Shown here: positions 14,186 through 25,392 of the stretch, in pieces
Position numbering within the stretch: the stretch's first letter is position 1
How the letters are laid out: every line of letters starts with the position of its first letter
NCBI GenBank assembly: GCA_951406725.2
Contig: OX597822.1
Span: 23,188,001 to 23,252,000 of the forward strand
Reading direction: 5' to 3'
Source: Octopus vulgaris
Lineage: Eukaryota
DNA: 64,000 nucleotides
Position numbers and translations under genes: made by a program
The notes under the pieces: model-generated
Told to the model about the DNA's origin: nothing
What the model saw: only the letters and a program-made list of their open reading frames with translations
Database searches by the model: none

Positions 14186-14932
14186 CAGGCACAGGAGTGA
14201 CTGTGTGGTAAGTAGCTTGCTTACCAACCACATGGTTCTGGGTTCAATCCCACTGCGTGGCACCTTGGGCAAGTGTCTACTATAGCCTCAGACTGATCAA
14301 AGGCTTGTGAATGGATTTAGTAGACAGAAACTGAAAGAAGCTTGTCGTGTGCATGTGTGTATATGTATATAATTGCAGCATGGACGGTGTTTATAAGCCA
14401 TTTAAGAAACACACAAAAAACCGTTAGAATCACTTCAACATTTAAATTTAATTTGCCAAAATATTTTCATCGCTTTGAGACCGCAACCTGTTCACTAAGA
14501 AAATTTCCTGCTGCAACCCTTGAAGCAGCACAGAATTTTGTCAGTTAACAGGTCGCAGTCTCAAAGCGATGAAAATATTTTGGCACATTAAATTTAAATG
14601 TTGAAGTGATTCTAACGGTTTTTGTGTGTTTCTTAAATAGCTTAAACACCTTCCACGCTGCAATTATTTTCGTTCCAGTACATGATCTCAGATCAGGTCA
14701 CTTGCTATGCAAGTACATCTCCGTAATGTATGTATGTATGCATGTGTTTGTCTCTCCACCATCGCTTGACAACCGATGTTGGTGAGTTTATGTCCCTGTA
14801 ACTTAGCAGTTCGACAAAAGAAATCAATAGAATAAGTACTAGGCTTACAAAGAATAAGTCCTGTGGTCAATTTGTTCGACTAAAGGTGATGCTCCAGCAT
14901 GGCTGCAGTCAAAATGACTAAGAGAATAAAAA
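14186..14932 (+). mobile_element. Family A SINE interrupted by a palindromic element
   Basis: Head at 14186-14345 and tail at 14730-14930 surround the 14370-14725 insert. Confidence 0.75.
14370..14725. mobile_element. Palindromic Penelope-like (inverted pseudo-LTR) element
   Basis: About 145-bp inverted arms 14370-14514 / 14525-14666 plus a one-sided extension to about 14725. Inserted in a TA/TG microsatellite and carries a hammerhead-shaped motif in each arm. Confidence 0.6.
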
Positions 14933-15455
14933 TATAGATGTGTGTGTGTTTTTGTGTTTGTCTCCTACAATTGCTTGACAACCAATGTTGGTGTGTTTAC
15001 ATCCTTGTAACTTAGCAGTTTGGCAAAAGAAACCAACAGAGTAAGTACCAGGCTTAACAAAAGAACTGGCTCAATTCGTTCCACTAAAGTTCTTCAAGGC
15101 AGTGCCCCAGCATGGCCGCAGCTTAATGACTGAAACAAGTAAAAGATAAAAGAAAAAAATATGATAAATAAAACTCTCCGCTCCTGCCTTAATAAATAAA
15201 GTAACTCCAGCTTTACATTTCCATAAAGATTAGCAGAATATTTCAAGACTGGATTGACAGAAATTGATTATTTTTAGGTAAAATTTCACCTTGACTTCAG
15301 AGACAATTATTGACATAGTAATGGGATGCATGCATTTGAAGTAGTGAAGTAGTAATGGTGGTGGTGGTGGTACTGTTGATATTGATAATGGTGATGGTGA
15401 TGATGATGGTACTGTTGTTATTGATAATGGTGGTGGTAGTGATGTTGTTGGTGGT

Positions 15456-15793
15456 GGGTATGGTAGCAACGGGTAGTGTCAGAGCTATGCCGTCGGGAAC
15501 TTTGGTTCCTGGTAGGGCCACCCAAGGCGGATTGGTCTGACACCAAGTTGTATTGGGGCCACAACCCGGCAGACGGGGCTCTGGTGAAAATCCTCGAAGT
15601 GTCTGTTTCGGCAACCGGCGGTTCCTCGGTCGTTCTGTCCCTGCGTCTGCGGACAATCTGCGCAAACAGGATGTCTCTACATGCGGGATTGTTGGGGACC
15701 GCCTGTGAAATCCACATATTCCCATGAAATTTCTTCCATAAGAAGCTGATTCAACCCGCCCAGGGTGAATGTCGCCACAAGTACAAGTAAGTA
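15456..15793 (+). mobile_element. GC-rich short RTE-derived (bipartite 5'UTR + 3' tail) non-autonomous element
   Basis: The 5' part agagctatgccgtcgggaactttggttcctggtagggccacccaaggcggattggtc resembles RTE/Expander 5' UTRs as recalled. The 3' end caacccgcccagggtgaatgtcgccacaagtacaagtaagta has a short-repeat tail. CpG-rich relative to the flanks. Confidence 0.55.
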
Positions 15794-16114
15794 CTGTTAT
15801 TATTGATGGTGGTGGCAGTGGTGGTGATAGTACTGTTGCTATTGATAGTGATGTTGGTAGTTGTGTTGTTGAACGTGGTGGTATTATGCATGCAAAAGAA
15901 CAGTGAAGACGCACACACAAAGTGCATGTGGACAGACACACAAAGCTTCTTTCGAAATTACTTAATAACAGTAGTATAAGATTAGACAAGCTAAGACAAA
16001 GAATTAAAAGACAAAAAACAAAGAAACTAAAAACGAAAATTAACAAAGTTAATTAAAAATAGATCTATTACTTTTATTTACTTATTTCTTGTTTTCTCCT
16101 CCTCCACCCATACC

Positions 16115-16149
<35 letters not shown>

Positions 16150-17116
16150 GCCCTCTCTTCTTTCTTTTGCAATCCGAGAGTAACTATTTACTGACGAGAC
16201 ATTGTAGAATTAGTAAATTGAGTGTTAGTATATAACAAAGAATAAATACATTGAATGCAACAGCCAAAAATAAATTTCAAATACAAATAATAATAATAAT
16301 AATACAAAAATGGTTGCTTTTAGGCAGTATTTGTTGCCTAAAACCAAAAACTAATACACAAATAAATAAATAAATCGATAAATAAAAGCAGCAAGGAATC
16401 AGATTTTTTCAGTCCAAGAGAAAAAAAAAAAAAAATTCTTGTTCAGCAAAATAAATTGAAGAACTCAAGCAGAAATCTGATGCTTGACTGGTGCAAAAGA
16501 AACTTTAATAGGGGAGAAAGAGGTGGGGAAGAAAAACAATTCAATATGTTGCCTGGCTGGGTTCAATGGAATAGATTAATGATTGCAACAGTAAACAGGT
16601 CTTTTGATAGCCTATCTATCAAGGTGTCAAATGGCACAAAGAGAAGTGCATGTAGCAGATATATATATTCTTTTGTTTTACAGATTACCAATGGTTCATG
16701 GCAAGTTTATCTCCCTTTTCCCCTCACACTCTTCATTTTTCCTTCTCCTTTCATGAACAATTTAATCAACAAAGGTAGGTAAGGTAAAACTACAATGTGG
16801 TGGTCGCTCAGCCTGCTGAAAACAGCAGCCAGATCACTCACAAAATCACATACTACATTTCAATTTTTTTACAAAAAAAAAAAAAAAAAAGAATATCTTA
16901 GATAAACCTAATTTGGCGATCTTTCGGCACAAGTACCATAACTGCCAAATATAAACTCACGTGGGTTTTATTTACATTTCTGAAGAAAAAAGAAAGCCTT
17001 CCCCCCACCCCTATCCTCACATATATATAAAAAAAAAAACTTTACGGAGAGTGACGATCTTCTTCAAATGTAAACAAACACACGTGGCAGTTATGGTACT
17101 TGTACCGAAAGATCGC

Positions 17117-17148
<32 letters not shown>

Positions 17149-17862
17149 TTAAAAAGTTGAAATGGTCAGAGTAGGAAATCCTGGTAAATTTAGACTTTTT
17201 ACATCTGCCGTCTCCAAACTTTGATCAACGGACTTTTGGAATAGCAAGCTATCACTACTCCATGGAAAAGGAAAAGGGCAAGAAACTAATTGTTTCTTTA
17301 CTATCACACCCGTCTCATGAGATGAGTGTAATTAGCATAAAACAAATCCCTTTGAATGACTAAAGTGATGCGGTTAATGCCCAGCTGGAGCATTTGCAAG
17401 GCAATGCTTGCAGCACACACACACACACATTAGTGTATTTTAACAGAAATATGGTAACAAAAAGGATTAACCCCTCCATCATTGCTATATGAACCAAAAG
17501 GAGTTATGGTATTAAGCTGATGTGAACATACCAAATGTATTTAAAATATTTTCACCCTTTTCTCTCCTGCCAGTCATCACCTCCACTCCACCCCGAACCA
17601 CTTCAATTTGACATCCATCCCTCATTCTTATCACCTTTCTTTCTCCCCGACTCGTATTTACCATCAACCACCCCTTCAACTTTGTTCACTATTCACAATA
17701 TTCACCTCTACCCCTATCTCTAACCAATTCTCTCTCCCTCTACCCTCTTCTATTCACTGTCTTGTACTTCAAGGGTACAATCCAACACATCATCACTATC
17801 TTTTTTATCTCTCTCCTTCTCCAGCTCCACCTCAGTTACTCTCATCCACCTTTATATAATAC

Positions 17863-18025
17863 TTTCTACATCGACTCCAGTACGTAACTGGTACTTATTT
17901 CATTGCACCCGAAAGGATGAAATGCAAGTCGACTCCGGTGGAATTTGAACTCAGAACATACCAACGGGCGAAATACAGCTAAGCATTTCGTCCAGTGCAC
18001 TAACAATTCTGCCAGCTTGCCGCCT
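17863..18025 (-). mobile_element. Family B SINE inserted into an older repeat
   Basis: Flanked by tcc(a/t)cctttatataatac duplicates. The host repeat is homologous to 9440-9560. Confidence 0.7.
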
Positions 18026-19980
18026 GTCCTCCTTTATATAATACGAGGTAGCTATATATCTCTTCTACACCAACAAACCCTTTCCAGTTCTTTTTATCAG
18101 TATAATACCACATCCCTCTCTACTATACTCACAACCAGCTGGGGGAGTATCTTTAAGAATTGTGAGTTACATAGTAACCTCACTAGTGCTGGTGTCATGG
18201 AAAAACACCCCTGCGTGGCACCTTGGGCAATTGTCTTCTACTATAGCCTCGAGTCGACCAAAGCCTTGTGAGTGGATTTGGTAGACGGAAACTGAAAGAA
18301 GCCTGTCGTGCACGCGCGTATGTGTGTGTGTGTGTGTCTGTTTATCCCCCACCATCGCTTAACAACAAACAATGGTGTGCTTACGTCCCCGTAACTTAGC
18401 GGTACGGCAAAAGGGTGCTAGGCTTGACTAAAGGCAGTACTCCAGCATGGCTGCAGTCAAATGATTGAAACAAGTAAATGGTTTGCATTAGGAAGGGCAT
18501 CCAGCCATAGAAACCATGCAAAAGCTGAGATACTGGATCCAGATATGGTCCGCTGGACTGTTAGATCTTGTTGAATTGTCCAACACATGCCAGTATTGCA
18601 AACAGATGTGAAAATGATGATGATGATAATAAATGCTAGAACTGTTAATGATATGGAAGGAAAAAAATACTAATAAACCGAACCTCCAAGAGAAAATTTG
18701 AAATGTGAAACAAGACCGTTTTTAGGCCCCAGGGCCTCTTCGTAAATGTACAAAGGATGGGGTTTGTGAGTGCATGTGCGTGTGTGTGCTTTTATAGCAA
18801 GTACCCATCACATATCCATGCATCATCTCTTCTTAGTTCTCTGGGGTGCTTATCAATACCCGAAGTAAAACCTCCCCCCTTTCTTAGGCCCAGACAATGA
18901 AAGCTGATCAATTAAATATTGAAAGAAAAAAATTTAATCAAGAGATTTCCACAAAATTATGAAATGGTTTAGTTAACAAAAGAAAGACAGACAGAAAGAA
19001 AGCCCTTTCATTCTTGAATATTTCAGGATCATTTCAAATTCCCTTATTTTTAAATCTTGTAATTAAATAACTCAATGGAATGTCTGTAGAATTACAATTT
19101 AAAATAAACGTGTGTGTATGTATTGTGTATTTTGTGCGGTGTGTATATTGTGTTATATGTATCTGTGTACAAAACAAACAGAATTCTATCGGGAAAGCTA
19201 GTTTGTTAAAGAATTTTAAAATATACAAAAACAAACTTGTATCTTTCCGAGTCATAACATAAAAAAAACAAACAACACAACTCAACAAACTAACAAACAA
19301 AAATAAACCCTCAGCCAGTTACTAAATAGTTTTTGGAGAGCACTATTCTGGTTGTTATTTTCGACTTTTTCTATTGTCTTCCCAAGAAATAATAACAGCA
19401 TCCTCTTATTGATTAGGGAAAGAAATTGCTTTACAGTTGGTTTAGCGGTAATTTCCCTTTCAAGTTCTAGCATTATTATTATTATTATTATTATCCTTTT
19501 CAAGAGAAATTCCACTGAATAAAAATGTGCAGAACTTTATGTTTTCATATAATTGATTCATGACGGTGTAATTTCAATGGTAACAGCTTCAGACATTATT
19601 TAAAGATAATAAGGCTATTTAAGCAAGCGCACTCGCTAGCTAGCTTCCGTATTATTATTATTATTTTCTATGCTACTGATAACATTCTGGAACAATTGAC
19701 AAAGACTAATAAAGAAACAAAGAACACACGCACCTACTCACACGTGCACGTATGCTCACACTTATCTCGTTTTTTTCCCCTTCTTCCTCTCCCACCTACA
19801 CAAATAAACAAAAATGGGGGAATACCAACCAGAAAAAATCAACGAATTTTTAAAACAAAGTTTCTTGTAATGATTAGCATTTAATTCAAACATGGCTCGT
19901 TTTCTCTCTCTCTCTCACATACACACACGCGCAGAGGAATGTGCAAATATGACAAAGAACCGAACACATGTAGCAGAGTG

Positions 19981-20405
19981 GGATCTTTTCGGTTTGAACG
20001 GCAGATTTTTCTAGCGGTGTCATATGAAATTGTCACCCATAATTATGACCCTAGTATCGATCTATTGCATTTCAGTCTGTTTTAGGGTTAGGGGTATCTT
20101 TTTTTCTTCACAAATGTAAATAAACCCAATCTGTTTCTTAAACATATTCATATGGCACAGAATGTTTTTCACCTCAATAGACGTCATTGATTGGTTGAAA
20201 TTGCAGAAATTAAAGAAAAAAAACCCAACAAATATCTTACAAACTGTAGAATTTTCTCAAGAAAGCCAAGAGAAAAAGATGTTTTATAAACACATTCTAC
20301 CAGTATACGAAGTTTAAAAGTGTTTAGTTGATTGATTGATTGATTGATTTTCAGTTACGTGGAAATTGTTATTTAAAAAAACTGCCGTTCAAACCGAAAA
20401 TATCC
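19981..20405. mobile_element. Non-autonomous TIR element (MITE) with internal TTAGGG motif
   Basis: 24-bp TIRs GGATCTTTTCGGTTTGAACGGCAG / CTGCCGTTCAAACCGAAAATATCC (1 mismatch); tttagggttagggg at about 20081-20095. Confidence 0.85.
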
Positions 20406-23400
20406 CAAAGTTTCTTGTAATGATTAGCATTTAATTCAAACATGGCTCATTTTCTCTCTCTCTCTCTCACACACACGCAGCAGAATGTGCAAATAAGACA
20501 GAGAACTGAACACATGTAGCAGAGTGCAAGATATTGGTTTAATTACAGCTGAAGCACTAAGAGGCAACACCTTCGTGCAAACAACTTATCAGATATGATA
20601 AGTGCATTTGCACAAACCTTCTCCGTCTTGAGCCACTGATACAGCTTCAACAACAGCAATTGTTTGTAAGATAGGCAGACAACCTGAAATTCAGTGAAGT
20701 GGACTAGCCGATACCATTGACCTGAATAACTGACTGATAATTTGTTTTATCGATCTTGTACAAGGCAAAGTTGATCTCTGTGGCATTTGAACTTAATATA
20801 TACAGAGCAATAATAACAATAATCCTTTCTATGACCTCAGTATTCCACTGGTACTTAATTTATTGACCCCGAGAGGATGAAAGCAAAGTCGACCCCAGCA
20901 TCATTTGAACTCAGAACAGCAAGACAAAATACCTATTTCTTTTTTTTTTCAAAATTGGGTAAAAAAAAGAAAAAGAGGGTAAATCTGTCTGTGTTTGTGT
21001 GTCCATGAGAATACTGCAAAATACCCAAAAGATGTTAACTTGACATAAGTGGTTATATAATGTCAAGAGGGGGAACCCCTTATTAGAAAAGGGTTAGTCA
21101 GTGGTCCTTTAAAGGTGATGCAACAGTCATTATTAACAACATTGGCACCTTGAACTATGCCTTAGATTTAAGTAGATTCCACTAGTCTTAAGTTGTTAGT
21201 GCCTTCTTCCTTCCTCCCATCCCTTTTTGTCACCACCCCACCTATCTTAGAGGTGGGTAACAAAATGTCAATATGTTTAATACTAAGAGATAGACATCTT
21301 ATTCCAGTTTTCCTTACATATTTAGAGCATGAAGGTTTTTCCCTTTTAATAGAGCATGAAGATAAGTGAAGGAGTCACACGAAATTGTTTAGGAGAGAGA
21401 AAGAAAAAGAGGAATATGAAGGAGAGAGAGAGGGGTGTTATAATTAAGGCTTTGAATTAGTCACAAGCCTGCAACAGTTTGGACATGCTTAAATAGTCAA
21501 CACTTATATTACAATATTTTTGTTGAAATAGGTTGCTTTTGTTTCAATTAATTTTTAAAATAGTGAAGAATTTAGGATAATAATTGTCATTGTTAAGCTG
21601 GTATTTGGTACATAAATTAACATAAAATATTGATGAAATGTTAATGTTTGGTATATAAATTAACATGTTTAAAACTAGATCACTTTAATCCCTTTTGTTA
21701 CCAACTTTCTGTTGAAATAAGGGAATAATATGGGACCTTATGTTTTCTACCATCCCATTATGACAGTTCTTGATTCAATGATACAGGTACACAATCCTGA
21801 GGCAAATTTTCTACAGCTGGGTACCCATCCAGTCACCAACCTTCAACTGTCTCCAAACAAAGTAATATTTTTGCATGTCCTGACATGTTTCCATGGAAGA
21901 TTGGAAAATACAGCAGTGATACTTCTTTACAATCAACACATGATGTCAATACACACACACACAAAGGGCTTCTTTTCTTCTCCATCTACCAAATCCACTC
22001 CTAAGCAGAAGACACTGGGTCACGGTACCACACAGTGGGATTGAACCCCAAATCATGAGGCTGTGAAGCGAAATTGTTAAACCACACAGCCAAACCTGTT
22101 GTCTTTATAAAACAACATCCAACACCCTTTCTGCTGTCATCAAAAACAACTTACTTGGATATTAAGATATACATGAATATATCACTTGTTGATGCTTATA
22201 TATATATATAAGTTATGGCTGTATGGTTAAGAAGTTTGCTTTGCAACAACATTGTTCTGAGTTGGATGCTAATGCCAGCATTGAACACTTTGGCTAAGTG
22301 CCTTTATACAAATAGTCTCTGTGAAACCAAAGCCTTGAGCATAAAATTTGGTAGACAGAAACTGTGTTGTTGTATTGTAAGCATGTAGCTTTCAGTGATG
22401 TGAATTGATGAAAGATGTAAAGATCAGCAAGAAAACTGATAAAACTATTAATATCTTATTCCACCTGAGTTGCTGCGACATTCCCTTGTTGTTCTCTGCA
22501 TCATAAATGCAGGGAATCTGTGACCGACCTGTTGAAATCCTGTAACCGACAATGCTTAGCATTTGCAAAATGGTATAAGAAATAAAATAAAACGTGTGTG
22601 TGTATCTGTTTTATGTGCTCTTCGGAAATCTTGTAGTGGATGTTATGAGCATCTTGTAAAGGAAGCAAGGGAATGGGAATAACAAAAGACTACCCTTTTA
22701 ATATACTTTTTGGTTTAAAGCAGATTAAAGAAGGAAAAGAAACGTGAAGAAAAGATGAAAGCAAGAATAGTTTCAAGATGAACACTTTCACCAATGCTCA
22801 AGACAAATGTTTTTATGATTGCTTTATCAGCGCTGCTACCATTTTATTCTTACTCTTTCATAAAGGTGCTGCTTTAGGTGATGTGAATTGGAAAAGTGCA
22901 ATGATCATGTGTTTCCAAAATACATTAGGACACAAAGAATTGGTTTCAATCAACAGTCAAAAGAGCTTTGAAAGATTCAGATTGCCAAAAGCTTATCTCT
23001 ATTACACTATGGCACTTGCAACAATTCTTCACTATTAAACTGCTAAGAGGTGAAAGCAAAATATCAAAGATTTATGGCAAGGATGTTAAAATTTAGAGAC
23101 TAGCTATAGGAAATATAGAGCACGAATAAAGATTTTCTTTTATAAAATGTTCATCAAAGAATCAGACATAAAAATACAAAACAAATCAAACCTTTTCTTG
23201 TTACTATTTCCTATACAATATATAGGTTAAGACTCACAAATTCCAGATGTGTTTTACCTGGAAGCTTCATATTATAATTCATTCTTGGTATGTTCTGGTA
23301 GATGCAAAAATGGATATATGATTATTGTTGTTTTTCACCGGTGGAGAATATTTTCCTAACATGTGATTCATTGGAACAACAGCAATCAGTTATTTATGTT

Positions 23401-23829
23401 TGAACCATCCGGAACATATTAAGAAAGGATATGTTATTGTTTGGATTCTTGCTGTTCTGATTGCACCCCATGAATTATTATCTGATTGACAGACATCAAC
23501 ATGCATCATAAAATAATTTGTTTGCTCATTCCTATAAACAAGGACTGGTGTTCTTGTGAGACTCAGTCTGGTAAAGTAACTTTGACTGAGAAGACACAGA
23601 ACAAGGTTGAAACAGCACAATGTCTTCAAGTTCATTTTATACCGGTGAACTAGTGAATCACATGTTATGAACATACATCACCAAAAGGGAGATGTTCTCT
23701 GGTGATGAAAAACAACAGCGATCAAATATTCAGATTCAAATTTAATAGAAAGAATTTTTAAAAAAATCAATAGATATGTTGTTGGGATTCTCACTGATCT
23801 GCATACATTCCATGAATTTACTTTATATT

Positions 23830-24065
23830 TTTCCATCCACCCATTTTCTCGCTCATTATACTTGGGAAGGTCATTGAGTAGAGTTCTCAGATACTGTGAC
23901 CACAGGGTCATATCAGAAGCAACAATCATTACAATTTTTGGCTGGATTTCCAAGCATAACAACTGAGACTTTGGTTATTATCCAATCATCTCCTTGGTTT
24001 GTTCCTACGTCTTCTGCCAGGTGGCTCAGCTTGAAGAATTTGTCTTGTGATTCTTTCCAGTGAAA
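23830..24065 (-). mobile_element. Old RTE LINE 3' remnant
   Basis: ERITRQILQAEPPGRRRRNKPRR followed by ...VASDMTLWSQYLRTL... and a gggtggatgga-type tail. Confidence 0.6.
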
Positions 24066-24306
24066 CAACCATAATAAAGAAACTACGACCTCTTAATGTG
24101 AAAAAGTAGCAGCTTGACCTGGGGAGACTTCCGGATTTTTGAGCAATGGACCCTGCCAAGTAACATATTTTTAACTTTGCTAAAGCCTGTATTAAAGACA
24201 TACTCCCAGAATGCCACTAAAAAGAGACACACTTTCTTTGATCATTAAACATCATCAGCTAAGTTCAGAAGTTTATATATCCTTTATATTAGATAAGTCA
24301 ATCCAT

Positions 24307-24541
24307 ACCTATTTCTTTACTACCCACAAGGGGCTAAACACAGAGAGGACAAACAAGGGCAGACAAATGGATTAAGTCGATTATATCAACACCAGTGTGT
24401 AACTGGTACTTAATTTATTGACTCCAAAAGGATGAAAGGCAAAGTCGACCTCGGCAGAATTTGAACTCAGAACATAGCGGCAGACGAAATATCGCTAAGC
24501 ATTTTGCCCAGCGTGCTAACGTTTCTGCCAACTCGCTGCCT
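24307..24541 (-). mobile_element. Family B SINE copy
   Basis: Full length; 12-bp TSD tcaatccatacc. Confidence 0.85.
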
Positions 24542-25007
24542 TCTCAATCCATACCATGTCTTCCAAACCTGACATCATCATATCCACTGCTAGTATTTTG
24601 AAGTGACACCCATACGTTCACTCCTTTCACCAAAGGTGATGTTTGTTATATTCTCCTGTTTTAACAAAAAAAAAAAAAAAGTCACTTCATCACATCTACA
24701 CACTTCTCAATAGGTTTAAAGTGACTAATAATGACAGTTGGTTACTTGAAGAAAAGAAGAACCAACTTTGGTAGATCTCCAGAGAACATCTAAAAAATTT
24801 TGAATGAAGAAACTAAGAGAGTGCTGTAACATATGTAAGTCACAGAGAGTTACAAAGCTTCAGATATCAATGACTTATGGAAAGGAAGATTGTCTACATT
24901 TGCACCTTAATATTCAAAATAATAATAACCATAGTTATTATTATTTTGAATATTAGGTAAAGCATCAAAGCATATCATTACTAAATATAGTTTTTCAGAA
25001 TATGTAA

Positions 25008-25111
25008 GCAGTATAACCCATGCTCAGTCTAATCTGTGCTAGCAGTATAACTTATGTTCACAGTCTAAGCTATGTTAGCAGTCTAATCTATACAAGAAGT
25101 CTAAACTATCT
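25008..25111 (+). repeat. 18-bp minisatellite, about 6 units
   Basis: Units CAGTATAACCCATGCT, CAGTCTAATCTGTGCTAG, CAGTATAACTTATGTTCA, CAGTCTAAGCTATGTTAG, CAGTCTAATCTATACAAG, AAGTCTAAACTATC. Confidence 0.75.
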
Positions 25112-25189
25112 ATTTTCCACGTTAGTGTGAGTCTAACCCATACTATCATGGCAGATACAAATAAAAATGAAAAAAAAAAGGAGAAAAAA

Positions 25190-25392
25190 AACATTGAAGA
25201 ATGTTGAAAGAGTCCTATGCAGATTCAGTGACAAACACCAAGGTCCTTAGATGAGCAAAGGTCCTTAGATAAGCAAAGACCACCAGAAATAAGGAGGAAA
25301 CAGGCTCAGTTCATTGGGCAGCATATGAGAAGAAAAAAACCTTGACTTGAGCAATTGGTAACAAGAAACTGAAAGGAAGCGAAAGCCGAGGG
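25190..25392 (+). mobile_element. Old RTE/BovB-like LINE fragment
   Basis: MLKESYADSVTNTKVLR...EIRRKQAQFIGQHMRR...LEQLVT; resembles the RTE C-terminal VTN.EVL / I.RRQ..F.GH motifs. Confidence 0.5.

Noticed and set aside
15297-16046. Longest ORF (249 aa, minus strand)
   Set aside because: It spans trinucleotide-like low-complexity repeats and the antisense strand of an RTE-derived insert; no domain recognisable.
19309-19473. Minus-strand ORF segment ending ...EKVENNNQNSALQKLFSNWLR, faintly like MTSS1 exon 1 (EKECSALGGLFQ)
   Set aside because: It lies downstream of exon 2, has a weak donor, and ends in phase 0, whereas the next MTSS1 exon must start in phase 2. The similarity is probably chance.
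20081-20095. TTAGGG repeats as an interstitial telomere
   Set aside because: Only about 2 units and internal to a MITE; treated as part of that element.
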